From contig NC_058368.1 of NCBI RefSeq assembly GCF_018350175.1, positions 22,570,001 to 22,634,000 of the forward strand: a stretch of 64,000 nt of DNA. The letters are read 5' to 3'. Under the pieces are notes generated by a model. It saw only the letters and a list, made by a program, of their open reading frames with translations. It ran no database searches and was not told where the DNA came from. A program made the position numbers and the translations under genes. The stretch comes from Felis catus (Eukaryota). Below are positions 13,101 to 26,704 of the stretch, piece after piece. Each line of letters starts with the position of its first letter. The first letter of the stretch is position 1.

Positions 13101-13960
13101 TCCTCTTAAGACTGCCTTTGCTGCATCCCAGAGGTTTTGGGTTGTGGTGTTATCATCTTCATTGGCTTCCATGAACTTTTTAATTTCGTCTTTAACTGCT
13201 TGGTTAGCCCATTCATTCTTTAGTAGGATGTTCTTCAGTCCTCAAGTATTTGTTACCTTTCCAAATTTTTTCTTGTGGTTGATTTCGAGTTTCATAGCAT
13301 TGTAGTCTGAAAATATGCATGGTATGATCTCGATCTTTTTGTACTTGCTGAGGGCTGATTTGTGTCCCAGTATGTGGTCTGTTCTGGAGAACGTTCCATG
13401 TGCACTGGAGGAGAATGTATATTCTGCTGCTTTAGGATGAAATGTTCTGAATATATCTGTTAAGTCCATCTGGTCCAGTGTGTTATTCAAAGCCATTGTT
13501 TCCTTGTTGATTTTTTGATTAGATGATCTGTCCATTGCTGTGAGTGGAGTGTTGAAGTCTCCTACTTTTATGGTATTACTATCGATGAGTTTCTTTATGT
13601 TTGTGATTGATTTATATATTTGGGTGCTGCCACATTTGGTGCATAAATGTTTACAATTATTAGGTCTTCTTGGTGGATAGACCCCTTGATTATGATATAA
13701 TGCCCTTCTGCATCTATTGGTACAGTGTTTATCTTAAAGTCTAGATTTTCTGATATAAGTATGGCTACTCCAGCTTTCTTTTGTTGACCATTAGCATGAT
13801 AGATGGTTCTCCATCCACTTACTTTCAATCTGAAGGTGTCTTTAGGTGTAAAGTGGGTCTCTTGTAAACAGCATATAGATGGATCTTGTTTTCTTATTCA
13901 TTCTGTTAGCCTACATCTTTAGAGTGGGTACTGGAAGATATGAATTTATTGCTGTTATGA
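10190..13960 (-). pseudogene. Disrupted L1 ORF2 (endonuclease/reverse transcriptase)
   Basis: Many ORF-track fragments in shifting frames ([56 protein letters not shown]). Ends approximate. Confidence 0.9.
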
Positions 13961-14010
13961 TACTTGTACAGTTGGAGTTTCTGGTGGTGTTCTCTGATCT
14001 TTGTTGCTTT

Positions 14011-14050
14011 TGTATGTATGTATGTATGTATGTATGTATGTATGTATGTA
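14011..14050. repeat. (TATG)n microsatellite in the L1 inter-ORF spacer
   Basis: Directly visible. Confidence 0.9.
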
Positions 14051-14069
14051 TCTTTCATATTTTCTCCCC

Positions 14070-14940
14070 TCAGAGAGTCTCCACTAAAATTTCTTGCAGG
14101 GCTGGTTTAGTGGTCACAAACTCCTTTAATTTTTGTTTGTCTGGGAAACTTTTTATCTCTCCTTCTATTTTGAATGACAGCCTTGCTGGATAAAGAATTC
14201 TTGGCTGCATGTTTTTCTGATTCAGCACATTGAATATATCCTGCCACTCCTTTCTGGCCTGCCAAGTTTCTGTGGATAGTTCTGCTGCAAACCGGATCTG
14301 TTTTCCCTTGTAGGTTAGGGACTTTTTTTCCCTTGCTGCTTTCATGATCTCTCCTTGCCTAAGTATTTGTGAATTTGACCATGATATGCCTTGTTGACGG
14401 TCGGTTTTTATTGAATCTAATGGGGGTTCTCTGTGCTTCTTGGATTTTGATGTCTGTGTCTTTCCCCAGGTTAGGAAAGTTTTCTACTATGATTTGCTCA
14501 CATAACCCTTCTACCCCTCTTTCTCTCTCTTCCTCTTTTGGGACCCCTATGATTCTGATTTTGTCCCTTTTTAATGAGTCTCTAATTCTTAAATCATGCT
14601 CTTTTGCTTTAATCTCCCTCTTTTTTTCTGCTTCATTATTTTCCATAAGTTTGTCCTCTATATCGCTCATTCTCTGTTCTGCCTCATCCATCCTTGCCAC
14701 CATGGCATCCATCCAAGATTGCAGCTCAGTTATAGCATTTTTTATTTCATCCTGACTAGTTTTTACTTCTTTTGTCTCTGTAGAAAGGGATTCTAGTCTA
14801 TTTTCGACTCCAGCTAGTATTCTTTTTATCGTGATTCTAAATTCTGGTTCAGACATCTTGCTTCTGTCTGTGTTGGTTAAATCCCTGCCTGCCGTTGCTT
14901 CGTGCTCTTTCTTTTGGGGTGAATTCCTTCATTTCATCAT
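14070..14940 (-). pseudogene. Disrupted L1 ORF1
   Basis: ATG at 14940 with an early TGA and a frameshift near 14350. Fragments carry IRIIGVP, IQEAQRTP and ILYPARLSF motifs. Confidence 0.85.
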
Positions 14941-16652
14941 TTTGAAGGGAGAAAATGAATTAATAAGGTAGAAAAATTAAAATTAAACAAATTAAAATTT
15001 AAAAAATATTAAAATTAAAAACACACACACAAATAAAATAAATTATGTTAGATCCTAGGTGTGTTTTGGTCTGGGTGTTGAAAGTGGTTTGATAGATTAG
15101 AGAAAAGATGGGGGGAAAAAAGGAAATTGTTTGAGAATTTGAAAAAATGAATACACTGAAGTAGACTAAAATGAAATAATGGAAGTAAAATATAATTTGA
15201 AAAAAATTACACAAAAGTAAAGAATATAGTAGAAAAAATTAACGAAAAACGTTTTTAATAAAAATTGAAAATAAAAATGAATTTTTTCTCTTTCTGTATT
15301 CATGAAAAAGAAAAGGTGTGAAAAAGAGAAAAAGAAAAAAAAAGAAAGAAAACTGAATAGACTGACCTGCTAGCAGATTGAAATACGACTGAAATTACTT
15401 CATTTTCCCCTAGATGTCAGACTATGAATCGCTTTATAGCCCATAAACTAAACAGGTGGTGAGACTTGTGTTCTTGATGAGCGAGGTGGCCCAGTTGGGC
15501 GGGGCTCAGTGTAATGGCTCGGTTCTCCCCTAGATGGCGATGCTTAGCTTACTGGGGTGGATTGTTGCAGTGCTCAAAGCCGCGTATGCGCGTGCGCCGG
15601 GAGCGGTGAAAAAACGGCATCACCCAGCAACCCAGTCTCTAATATCAGCACTGTGTTCTCTCAGCTCAGCAGTCTCGCACCCGTCCTCTGTCTTCAGCTC
15701 TCGTCCACTCCCCACTTCCTCAGTGTCCGTGGTCAAGCCCCAGGCAGTACCTCTCTCCCGAGCTTTGTCTCAGATGCGGCTGTTTCCCCCAGCCCCTTAC
15801 TTCCGAAGGACTCTGGCTTTGACCCGTTCCGCCCCTCTACGGGAGGGTCTCACCCAGCAATGGCCAAATGAGCAATGGCTGAATGCTGGCTGCACTCAGG
15901 AACGCTTGCTGGACCCTCCTGCTGCCGGAGCCCCGAGACTGCGGCCAGGTGCCAGCCCGCCCCAGAAAATGTTCACGAGATAGTGTAGCAGCAGCTTTTC
16001 AGGGATTATGGAAAATCACAATGCACCTCTGGCACCAGGCTTCACCCTCAACGACCTTGTTCCAGCACCAGCGAATGTGGCTGCCTTCTGGGGTCTGCTC
16101 GGACCAAGTGGCCTCAACAGTCTCTACCAAATGTCCTTCCAGCGGTGGAACCGCTTTTCCCCGTGTGGCCCGAGAACCTCCCAGACTCCACTCTGTTCCT
16201 GGGGATTCGCCCTTCTCACCAGAGCACCGCCAGGTACTGAGATGTGGAGTTGCAGCCTTTGCATTCCCCTTGTTTACAGTCTTAATGGAATTTAAACCTT
16301 CTCCTTTCTCCTTTTTTAGTTCAGTCCCTGCGGCTATTTCTAATTTTCCATTTTCTCTCCAGCTGCTTTTGGGGAGGGGTGCTTTTCCCGTATTCTTTCC
16401 CTTCCGCCACCTCAGTCCTCTCTTCACCCACAAAAGCGGTTCCCTGCCCACTGGGGCTTCTTGCTCCCCAAGTTCACCTCTCCACGCCGTGTACCTGCTG
16501 AATTCTGTGGTTCAGGTTGTGCAGATTGTTGTGTTAATCTTCAGATCAGTTTTCTAGGTGTGCAGGATGGTTCAGTGTTGATCTGGCCGTATCTCATGGA
16601 AGTGAGACACACAAAAAGCTTCCATGCTGTTCTGCCATCTTGACTCCCTCCC

Positions 16653-16790
16653 CTGAGCCTTAGTTTTCTTATTTGTCAAGTGGGAATATTTGTAATTCCC
16701 ATCTCATGAGGTTGTTGTATGAACTAAATGAGATAAAGCACGTAAGGCAGATAGCACTGAGCCTAATAAACATTAATTGTCATTATATTT
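16653..16790 (+). mobile_element. MIR 3' half (5' half at about 9870-9929), split by L1
   Basis: The joined halves read TGTGTGCCCTGAGACAAATTATGTAACCTCTCTGAGCCTTAGTTTTCTTATTTGTCAAGTGGG...GAGGTTGTTGTATGAACTAAATGAGATAA, matching the MIR core. Confidence 0.8.
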
Positions 16791-19700
16791 CTATTTCTGA
16801 TATCTTTTTAAAAATCCATGCCCTTGCAATGCTTTTTCATTCTATCTTCTGAATATAGCCACCAAATAGATTTCATCAGGCTTTACTTCCTGAGTTTGTA
16901 TCATGAAACAAATAGGCATATTAGATGTTCCCTCTCAAACCATGTCTGCTGCCTGACATCAGTCAGAAATCCTGACACCAGTCTCCGACCCCCACCACTG
17001 GTTGAGAAAACCCAGGGGGTCACTGGAGGCTTTTAAACAGGGCAGACATAGGACCAGATGAGACTGTTTGGGATATAATTTAATTATCTTGGGATCAAAC
17101 TTATAGGACATGTGTCCAAAATAGTTTGAATCCTTATGTCTTTATTTGTTGACCACCTTAATATTTTATTTCTGGGGAGATTACATATAAGGCTTACCAT
17201 GTCTATTGCACTACTCTGGCCCCAAAGATGTTATATTTTACGCACTGTTAAAATAAGCCCTTGTCATTTTTCTGGGCTAACACTCTGTGGATGAGTCAGA
17301 TATTCGCTTCTAAGCAGTGTGGCCTCTGCAAACAGCCCCGCCTTTAAGGGTTAGGCTGCTCTTCTCTCTAATGGACCCTGGCTAAGCCGCCACCTAATGG
17401 CGAGTTTTGTGAGTAAAAAACAACTCTTGAGAAACCCTTCAAATGCATCCTTGGAGATGAGATCCTTGGCTGGTGTGAGTCATCCCGGATGAGACTGTGA
17501 TAGATATTTACTCGTCTTTGTAAAAGATGACTGTTTCTGGTCTCTTGGAGTCTGTCTTTGGAGAACAGTTCCATTTCCTTGTCTTCAAAAATAAATTTCA
17601 GGGTTTTCTAAACATATGAATTATTTTTCTTTTCATAACTCACCCTGGCAAGGAGAGGACTGGCTGGCATTAGGGGAGGCGAGGGCGTGTTGGTATTATT
17701 TGTCAAGCCTTGAGAATGTGCCAAGTTCTGCTGTAAGCACCAGGAATATATCACTTAATCCTTATTTCAATCCTAATGTAGGTACTGTAATAAAAACAAG
17801 ACCAGTTATTATTATTCATTGTCATTGTTGTGGTTGTTACTTTATAAATGAAGGAATTAAGTTCAGGTGGGTCTAGTATCACTTAGCTAGCAAGTGGTGG
17901 CTCTGGCATTCTAACCCAGGCCTGTCTGACATCATTAACTGTGTTTGTGTGCACGCTGCTCCCGAATAAGGCCTTCACTTATCCACACCTGCTGGATTCC
18001 AACATCAGCTCACCCTGCCAATATCTGTTAAGGCCCAGAATGTGGACTCCGTGGAGTACTGGCTGAGCCATGATACAAATGCGGAATCTTTCTTCGTGGA
18101 GCTTACAGTCTATTGGAAGAAAAAGGGAAAGTAAATAAGAAATTGCAATATCGCTTGATAAATACTGTAGTGAGCACAAGCTGTAGAGGGCCATATATAT
18201 GAGTGGTTTATGGCATAACCTTGAGGCAGTCAGAGTAGACTTCCTGGAGGGGGTGGCCAAGGTAATTCCTACAAAATGAGTGGGAATTAAGCAGGTGCTA
18301 AGGAAGGAGGAGATTAGAGAAAGATATTTCAGTCAGAATAGGCAGTCCATGAGGAACCAGAGGTCACAGGTGGGTGCTGAGGAGTGGGAAACACTCATGA
18401 ATGGAGAGTTTCAGGGGGGACCAAAAAGGCTGGCTCATTTGAGTGCTGGCTTTTGTCTTCTGGTCCAGCAAGGTGCTGGTTACCTTATTATGAAAAGAAC
18501 ACTGCTTTGCAAAGGAGCTCTGAGAGAGGTAAGAAGAAAGCTTTTCCTTTCCCCCTCTCCCTGCCGTGGCCTGAAATGGATGTGTATAAATGTTGTCCTG
18601 GGCTCACTGGGAAACTCTGAGAAGGCTGGTAGTAATGCTCTGTTATAACGCTCCAGGCTCAGCCATGGTGGATCTGGTGGACTGGCCAATGCCGTGTGGT
18701 CCAGTCATCATAGTGCCATGTGTTATATACACGCCGGTGCAATCCCAAAGCCAAAGTTGAGGAAGATGAATCTTGCTTTCCTATTAAACATAACTGCAGA
18801 GAGGAAGGAAACCACTGTAATAGAATGACTGAAGAGAAGGCTCCCTGTTGTGTGCTGCTAGCACCTTCCACAGATGGTATGAAGGAATCACAGGCTCTTC
18901 TCTAAAGGGTGAGACCTTGGGAAAACCACTCTTCCCTTTGTTTCTCCATGGGACTGCTCTCCTAATGGTGTTCAGAACAACTGTATTAGTTGGATACTTA
19001 TTGGGCAAAGCTGTTTTACCAAATTATTAGTAAACCATGAAGAAGGTAATTTATAGACATGTAATGTATTTAGTCAATGGAGTCTGGCTTCACACAATGA
19101 TTGGGCTGTTGTCTGATCACTTTTGTCTCTTCTGTTTACTACCTGCCTAATTAGGTCACTTAACATGGGCCCAGGGTGACACTCTGGACTCTTTGTTAAA
19201 CATTCCAGGCTTAACTCCTTGGTTCAGGTTGAAATGGTTGTTCCATAGCATCCTGAATCCCGGCCTGGGGTTTCCTTAGCATTTTTCTGTGTCTCTTAAC
19301 TCAGTCTCCCCTCCCAGGCCCTTTCTTTCCTCCTAGAGAAATTCTCCCGAGACATCACATTCCTTTATTAAAATCTTTGTAGCAGCAATGGGAATCTTCC
19401 ATCTCAGTGACAATGACAGGGGCCGTGTTGCAGGTGCAATACAGGGCAAACAGCTGTGGCACCTGGCTATAGAACGTGGGAAGACGCGGCACCAAATTTT
19501 CTATTCCTGACTCATATGTAGCATCCTGCTGAACCACTCTCACAGTGTGGTGGTTAACAACATGGACTCTAGTTCTGCCACTGTCTTTTTACTTCATAAT
19601 CTTAGTTGCTTAGCTTCTTTGTGCCCCATTTTCTTCATCTGTAAACTGGCATCCTAATGGTACTTGGTTCTTGGGGGTGTTCTGAAAACTAGTGAGCTGT

Positions 19701-21029
19701 AACTGTATAGTCCTGGGTCAGGGCCTGACTCACAGGAAGCCCTGCTGAGGGTTTGCTTTCTTCTGTCCAGCTACGGTCCTCTTGTCTGACTACTTCCTGT
19801 GGCCCCTGGGACCATGACCAAATCATCATTTATTTCCCCCATGTCTTACTTAGATAACGTTTGCATATAGAAATGATTGCCAAGGGGTTCGCGAGGTTCA
19901 TTTGGGAAGTGGCATTCCTTCACAGTGATTTCGCCAAGACTCCAGAAAGTCCATAGGACAGTAGGAAAGACTGTGTGTGCCAGCTCCCAACTCTGACAAA
20001 ATTATTCTCTAGCTTTCTCTGGGACTGCCTTCCAAAGGCCCCACTGAAGACTATTCTGGTTATTGTGTCCTTTTCCTCTTTACTGTTAGTTCTGAGCCCT
20101 CCCGAGTAATCTCGAGAAGTAGGTGTAACTAATTTATATTAGATAGCTTTCTATTAAAATGTGTAATTTATTCTCATGGAGACCAATATTCTATTGTGTG
20201 CTATTTTACACTTTTGGGTCTTGCAGTCTGCTGCATTCATTTGTGGGTTTCTGAATGCAGTGGGGGTAGATGTCTCTGGTGGTGCTTTCAATATATTCCA
20301 TAAAGCTGAACAAAAGCCTGGCATGGCTCTGTACACCCATCATTTCCTTCTCTTCAGGAATGGCTCCGTGCAATAATAAAATACCATTGTTTCTTAGTGA
20401 TTTATTTGTGACCAAAGAGCCCCAAATTATATCCTGCTGGAGAAACATATTTGCCTTTAAAAACAAAATTCTATTTCTTTCAGTTATAATATAGTTTGAT
20501 TTGTCATTTTTTAATGGATATTACATTTTCATCTTTGTTTTTCTGAATTCTAATATTCTGCTTCTCTCTGTTTACCGTGGAGAAGATGAGAATTTAAGGC
20601 AAAAACTCACAATACTTGAGCTCAGCTTTCCTTTTATCTTTGCAAAAGTGTAAGAGATAAAATGGCTTTTTCTGATGCTAGTTCCTCTGCCCTGTAGAAG
20701 GGACCACAATAGACTTAGCTGAAATTCATGTTCTAGTAACTTTGCAGCTGAGAAATGATAAGAGTAAGTAATGGCATCTTTGTTCGCTGCCACATCTGTT
20801 TGGCAACAAGGAGAAACACTGAGCTGTTAAGAAGAGTCCATTAACCCAGTGGATATGACATCTGAGCAGGCTGCCATAAGTGTACTTTCTAGAATTGAGT
20901 CCCCTAGTCATTGGGTGATTTCAAGTTCATAATACTATCTTTTCCATCAGTGGATGGGAAACTAGGGAATCTCATATAAGGCCGCCTCAGCAAAAGGGCC
21001 CACGTGCCTCCTGCTTGTGAGATGTGAAG

Positions 21030-22470
21030 CTCTTAGATGTGATACCACAAAGCACAATTCATAAAAGAAAAAAATCAAAATGAAACACTTTTACTCTGCA
21101 AAAGACTCTGTTAAAGTGATGAAAACAGAGGAACCAGACTGGAAGGACATATTTGCACACCACATATCTGACAAAAGATTTACATGTAGAATAAATAATC
21201 TCAAAACTCAAGAATTAAAACAAATACAAAAAATCCAATTAGAAAATGAGCAAAAGACATGAACAGACATTTCACCAGAGAAGCTATACAGATGGCAAAC
21301 AAGAACATGAAAATCTGCTCACCATAATTAACCACAGGGTAATGCAAATTGAATATCACTACACACCTGTCAGAACAGCTAAAAAGAAAAAAAGTGACAA
21401 TATCAAATGTCGGCAAGGATGCCAAGTAGTTGGATTACTTGTGCCTTGCTGGTAGGAATGCAAATGGTGCAGTCATTCTAGAAAATAGTTTGACAGTTTC
21501 TTGTAAAACTAAACATATACTAATCTTATAAACCAGCAATCACAAACCTGGGCATTTATCCCAAAGAAATGAAAAATTATGTCCACACAAAAATGTGTAC
21601 ACAAATGTCCACAGAAACTTTATTTGCCATAGCCCCAAGTTGGAAACAATCCATTTATCCTTCAGTGGGCGAATGGTTAAACAAACAGTGGCTCATCCAT
21701 GCCAAGGAACACTACTCAGCCATAAAAAGGAATGAACTATCAGTACATGCAACAACTTGAATGAATCTCAAGGAAGTTATGCTGAAGGAAAAAAAGCCAA
21801 TCTCAGGAGATTGTATACCGTATGGTTCCATTTGTATAACATTCTTGAAATGACATAATTATAAAAAGTGGAGAACAAATTACTGATTGCCAGGTATCAG
21901 GCTGTGGGAGGAAGGGCAGGAAATGGGTGTGGCCATAAAGCGGTAGCATGAGGGATCTTTGTGGTGATGGGATCATAGCATAAATTTATTTATTTTGAGA
22001 GAGACAGCACGCATGTGCACGAGCACTTGAGTGGGCAGGGGCAGAGAGAGAAGAAAGAGAATCCCAAGCAGGCTCAGCACTGTCGACACAGAGCCTGACA
22101 TAAGACCTAGACTCACCAACCAGGAGATCATGACCTGAGCCAAAATCAAGAGTTGGAAACTTAACCGACTGAGTTACCCACGTGGCCCTGGTATATCTTG
22201 ATTGTGATTGGTGATTACACAAATCTACACATGTAAGAAAATTACATAGAACTATATATATGCACACACACATACACAGTATATATAAAACTAGTGAGAA
22301 CTGAATATTGTTTATGGATTATACCAACGTCAGTTTCCTGGCTTTGGTATTGTACGATCATTACATAAGATGTTACTATAGGGGAATGTAGATGAAGGGA
22401 ACACAGGATTCTCTGTACTATTTTTGCAATTTCTGGTGAATCTATAGTTATTTTCAAGTAAGTATAAAAG
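21030..22470 (+). mobile_element. Old L1M (MC-like) ORF2 end and 3' UTR
   Basis: Remnants WKDIFAHHISDK, MKNYVHTKMCTQM and GEWLNK, plus a typical 3' terminus. Confidence 0.85.
21985..22188 (-). mobile_element. Can-SINE nested in the old L1
   Basis: SINE head and TTTATT tail. Confidence 0.88.
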
Positions 22471-22890
22471 GAAAAATACTGGCTCAGAGTAACTGCTTAC
22501 AGAATATAAAAGTAGCTCTTTAAAATGTGATAATTTACTACCTCCTTTCAATTCCAGCCTCTGAAGAAGCCAAAATCTACTGTGTAAACTTTGTTATCTT
22601 TCATATCAACACAAACAAAAACATACGGGTTTCGGTTTCTTTGGATTTGAGGGGGTAGGTGGCTTTTTTTTTCTTTTTATTTGTTTACAAATATACATAC
22701 CACATGCATTATTCTGAAACTTGTTTCTAAACAATATACCTCGGACATCACTCCGATGTTAGGTCAATTTATACACATAGGTCTAGCTGATGATGTTTAA
22801 TGGCTACAGTGTTTCGGCACAGCAGCTATGCCACCATTTATTCAATTGTTCTTTTCTTGACGAACTTTCATGTCATTTTGAGTTTTTTTT

Positions 22891-22916
22891 GTTGTTGTTG
22901 TTGTTGTTGTTGTTGT
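22891..22916. repeat. (GTT)n microsatellite
   Basis: Directly visible. Confidence 0.9.
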
Positions 22917-25900
22917 TTTGTCACTGCCAATAATAATGCCTCTGCTTTCATTTCTGGTAGGCCACATCCGCCACCAGTGATTTTCAAACTTTATTTTAGT
23001 AGTGGAACCTTTTTTTCCAATTAAATCCTATCATAAAACTCAACAAATAAGACACAGAGACCTGCTCAGGTTGAATGGAAGTTTGGAGTGTAGAACCTCT
23101 CTGCCCCTTTAGCAGACCCTGAAGCACCTCTGAACCATTAGGGTTTAGGAAACAAAACGATAGTCTTATACCTTATGATTCCTGGGCTGTGACCGGCTCT
23201 TCTCTTACCTGAATTCTGATCCTGTCCACATCCTCCACTTCTTTCTGGGGTCCTATTTTCTTGGACGGACCCTCTGATGCCCAGATTCTTCAGGTCCAGC
23301 CTTCTGACTCCATGGGTCCTACCTCTACCCAACCTGCTTGGACACCTTCATATCATTGTCAGCCAAGCCAGTCTTCCATTTGCCACAACTCTTGGGCGCC
23401 CCTTCTGAGGAGGCCAGCCTCACAGCCAAAATAGTTCTGTAGCTTGCCTTTCTTTTCCTGAATTCCTGCCTTCTCTCTCCCCACCTGTACCCCATCCTGC
23501 TGTGAAGGGCCTAGCGTGCCTTGTGGTGGGGCCCTTCTTTTCAGGGTTATCACCCTGGCCTGTTCTCTTCATCCCAGCCTCCTTGTTTTTCCTCCCTGCT
23601 TCTTCAATTGTCCTGACCTCTCTGGAGATTGTCAGTGTCTCCTCAGTCTTCTCCTCTGCCTTAAATCTCACACGGGAGAGAAAAGCTGACATAACTCTGC
23701 CATTCACTCATGCAAGGGCCACCCACACCCAAATCATGTTTGCAGCCCGGAGTTGATTCTCAATCCCTGTCTCATATCTCCAGTAACTTGCTGGCCATTT
23801 TCACCTTTCAGTTGCTAGTTGTGTCACCAGACCTCAAATTTAACCAGGAGACAATACAATGCCCACAAAGAATCTCCAACTTTCCACCTTCACCCTGTGA
23901 TGCCATTGCTTCTCCTGTCATCTCTTTAAGTCCCTATCTCCTTGCCTTACAAGTTACATATAACATGTCTTTTATTCCTCTTTCCCTCCATGGGTATCCT
24001 AGCTCAGGTTCTTACGATTTCATGTCAGCTCTTGGCAGTAGTCCTCACATTACTCCCCCCACAGGTCTCCTCTTTGCTCCTTGATGACACTCCCTCCACA
24101 TACCACTGCCAATATCACTTTCCCAAAACACTAATTTTAGTATTCCACTTGTCTGCTTGAAGATTTACAATCACTTCACTACTTAAAGAAATAAGCCCCA
24201 ACCCCCCAGCTTAGAACTCAACTTCTGTTTCGTTGACCCTAATTCATCTTTACCAACTTGATTTCCACTATTTTAAAAGAAACGAAGCAAACACACTGGT
24301 ACACTCTCCATGTCCTAAACACACTGGGCAAATTCTCACTTATGTGCCTTCATGTGGCTGTTGCTTCCACCCAGAATGCTTCTCCACGTTGATGTTGGTT
24401 TTCTCAGTTCCTGTAGATCCTTGAATACCCCTCACTTAATTCTTAGTTTCTAGATACTGTCCCTGAACCTGCACCTGCATTGATTTATCTCTCACTTGCC
24501 ACATTGCAAACACTGATCAGGTTTACCTTCTCTATTTCAGCGCCTTATGTCTGCTTCCACAACCTATTATAGATTCCTAAGGGCAGGGACCACACCAAAA
24601 AGATACATACTCACCAGCTTGCTTAGCACAGCCCTCTGCATGTAACCAGAGCTCAGGACATAGCTCTGGCTCACTTATGTGCCTGAATGATAGACATTAT
24701 CTCAGGGCAAATTGCTTCATCCTGTTTCATTTTTCCTTAACCTTGAGGCCAAAGTCATACAGACTGTAATGAAACCACAGAAAATTGGATATGAAGTGAT
24801 TAACACTCACGCTGCTTCCCAGAAATTATTTAAACACTGTTTCTCAAAAAGTGCCATGATTCTGCCAAATGGGGTCTATGTCCATCCAGCCTGAGAAATG
24901 GCAGCCAGCATTCACACAGCACTGGCAAGGGGAAGCAAAGCCTTTTACAGAAATCCGTTCGATGAACATGTAGGACTTAAAAACTATACTTTCAGCAATT
25001 GTGTGAACAAAGTCGGTATTACCAGCGCTGGAGGGGGAAGTAGACATTTCACACACTACAGTGGGGGCCTCTATATGGCCTCTGACACACCAGGGAAGTC
25101 CCCCAGTCCTAAGGATAAACAGGAGTTAGATGCTAGAACCCAGTAGGGGTCGCCACACAGCAGTGTCTGAATATTGTTCTAATTAGTACAGAGAGATTCG
25201 GCCATCTTTGGCAAATCCCTTTGTCGTCTTCATAAATTGTCCAGTCTGGGTGAAATATCTGAAAGTGGTGGGCTCAAGTGACTCTTCCAGAGTGGACAGA
25301 GCCCAGTAAGGAGCCTCTCTCTCCCACAGCCTTTCTTCATCCGCTGCACTTTTGCCCTTGAGTCTGTTATAGACGCCCACCTGTAAACGTGGGTATTAGG
25401 AAGAAAGGGTGGAAAGGGAAATTAGACAACGTTTACTGAATACCTACTATATAGCGGGCTTTTTGTTAGGCAGTTCATTCACATTACCTGCAGTTCCTAC
25501 GGGGGTCCTGAAAGGTGGCAACTGTTAACTTCATTATGTAAAGAAGGACACTGAGGCTTCCAGAGGTGAGGCCAACAGGGCTGATATTCCAGCTGGGAAA
25601 CTCCACCCACCTCTGAAGCTCACACTGTGTGGCCGCCTGTCCCTGGGGTCCTGAAAATCTGCAGGCAGCCTTCATTCTTCCTGTCATTGGGGCCTGTAGA
25701 ACCAGAACTGTCCTTGAATCTAGCAAAGTCATTTCTTAACACAAACAACATGTAAGGTGGCCTCTTGGTGAAGAGGTTTGGAAACTCGGGCAGGAAATGA
25801 TGCATGTATCTGCACCGCACAAAGCCATCCAGAAGGCAGCATGAGAAAGCTGCTCCTTGTGTGGCTGCCAGGCTGTCACCACTGTGTCCCTCAGAGTGCT

Positions 25901-26329
25901 CACTCAGAGCCGGCAAAGGGAGACTTGACTCACTAGAAGGGAGTCATAAGAATAGTTTCCCTTGCAACTACTCCCCACCCCCAGCATTATCTAATTTAAT
26001 CCCTGCTTTCCAAGGAAGGGAGCAGAGTCCCCAAGAGGGTAAGGAGGTGTCAAGGCCACACAGCTCCTAATGAGCAGGGCCACCCAAGCCTCCGGTGTTC
26101 TGCTTCTAGAACTCATGGCTTCCCCCCGCTATGGGGAAGATGTAACACTTTCCAGAAGAGCCTCTTCCTCCTCCCAGAGCTGAAATTGTGCCCCCAGCAG
26201 CCTCAGGCTGGCCGGCAATCTGGTGTGATTCAGAGGCACTAACGTAACTGTCCACTGACCCCTAGATTCTCCATCCTACCTATTTCCTGAGGCTTGGAGT
26301 ATTTGGTGTTTTTTGTTTTGTTTTCTTTT

Positions 26330-26556
26330 TTTTTTTTTTTAATTTTTTTTTTTCAACGTTTATTTATTTTTGGGACAGAGAGAGACAGAGCATGAACGGG
26401 GGAGGGGCAGAGAGAGAGGGAGACACAGAATCGGAAACAGGCTCCAGGCTCTGAGCCATCAGCCCAGAGCCTGACGCGGGGCTCGAACTCACGGACCGCG
26501 AGATCGTGACCTGGCTGAAGTCGGACGCTTAACCGACTGCGCCACCCAGGCGCCCC
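26330..26556 (-). mobile_element. Young feline Can-SINE (SINEC_Fc-like)
   Basis: Nearly identical to 9027-9252, flanked by TGTTTTGTTTTCTTTT. Confidence 0.95.
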
Positions 26557-26704
26557 TGTTTTGTTTTCTTTTCTCTTGTTTGTTTTAATAAGGAACATGT
26601 CCTTTCATTCCATAACTAGACAAGCTGCAAAATGCAAATACTGGCACAAAAGGTAGCAACACTGATTTAAATTTGCACTGACATGCAGATAGTTTACATA
26701 GTCA

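Larger units (their letters stand above)
9930..16652 (-). mobile_element. Full-length decayed LINE-1 (older feline/carnivore subfamily), about 6.7 kb
   Basis: T-rich tail at about 9930-9973. ORF2 fragments (EN about 13242-13828, RT about 11439-12855) and ORF1 fragments (14070-14940). About 1.7-kb 5' UTR starting GGGAGGGAGTCAAGATGGC. TSD CTGAGCCTTAGTT(C/T)TCTT at 9912-9929 and 16653-16670. Confidence 0.95.
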
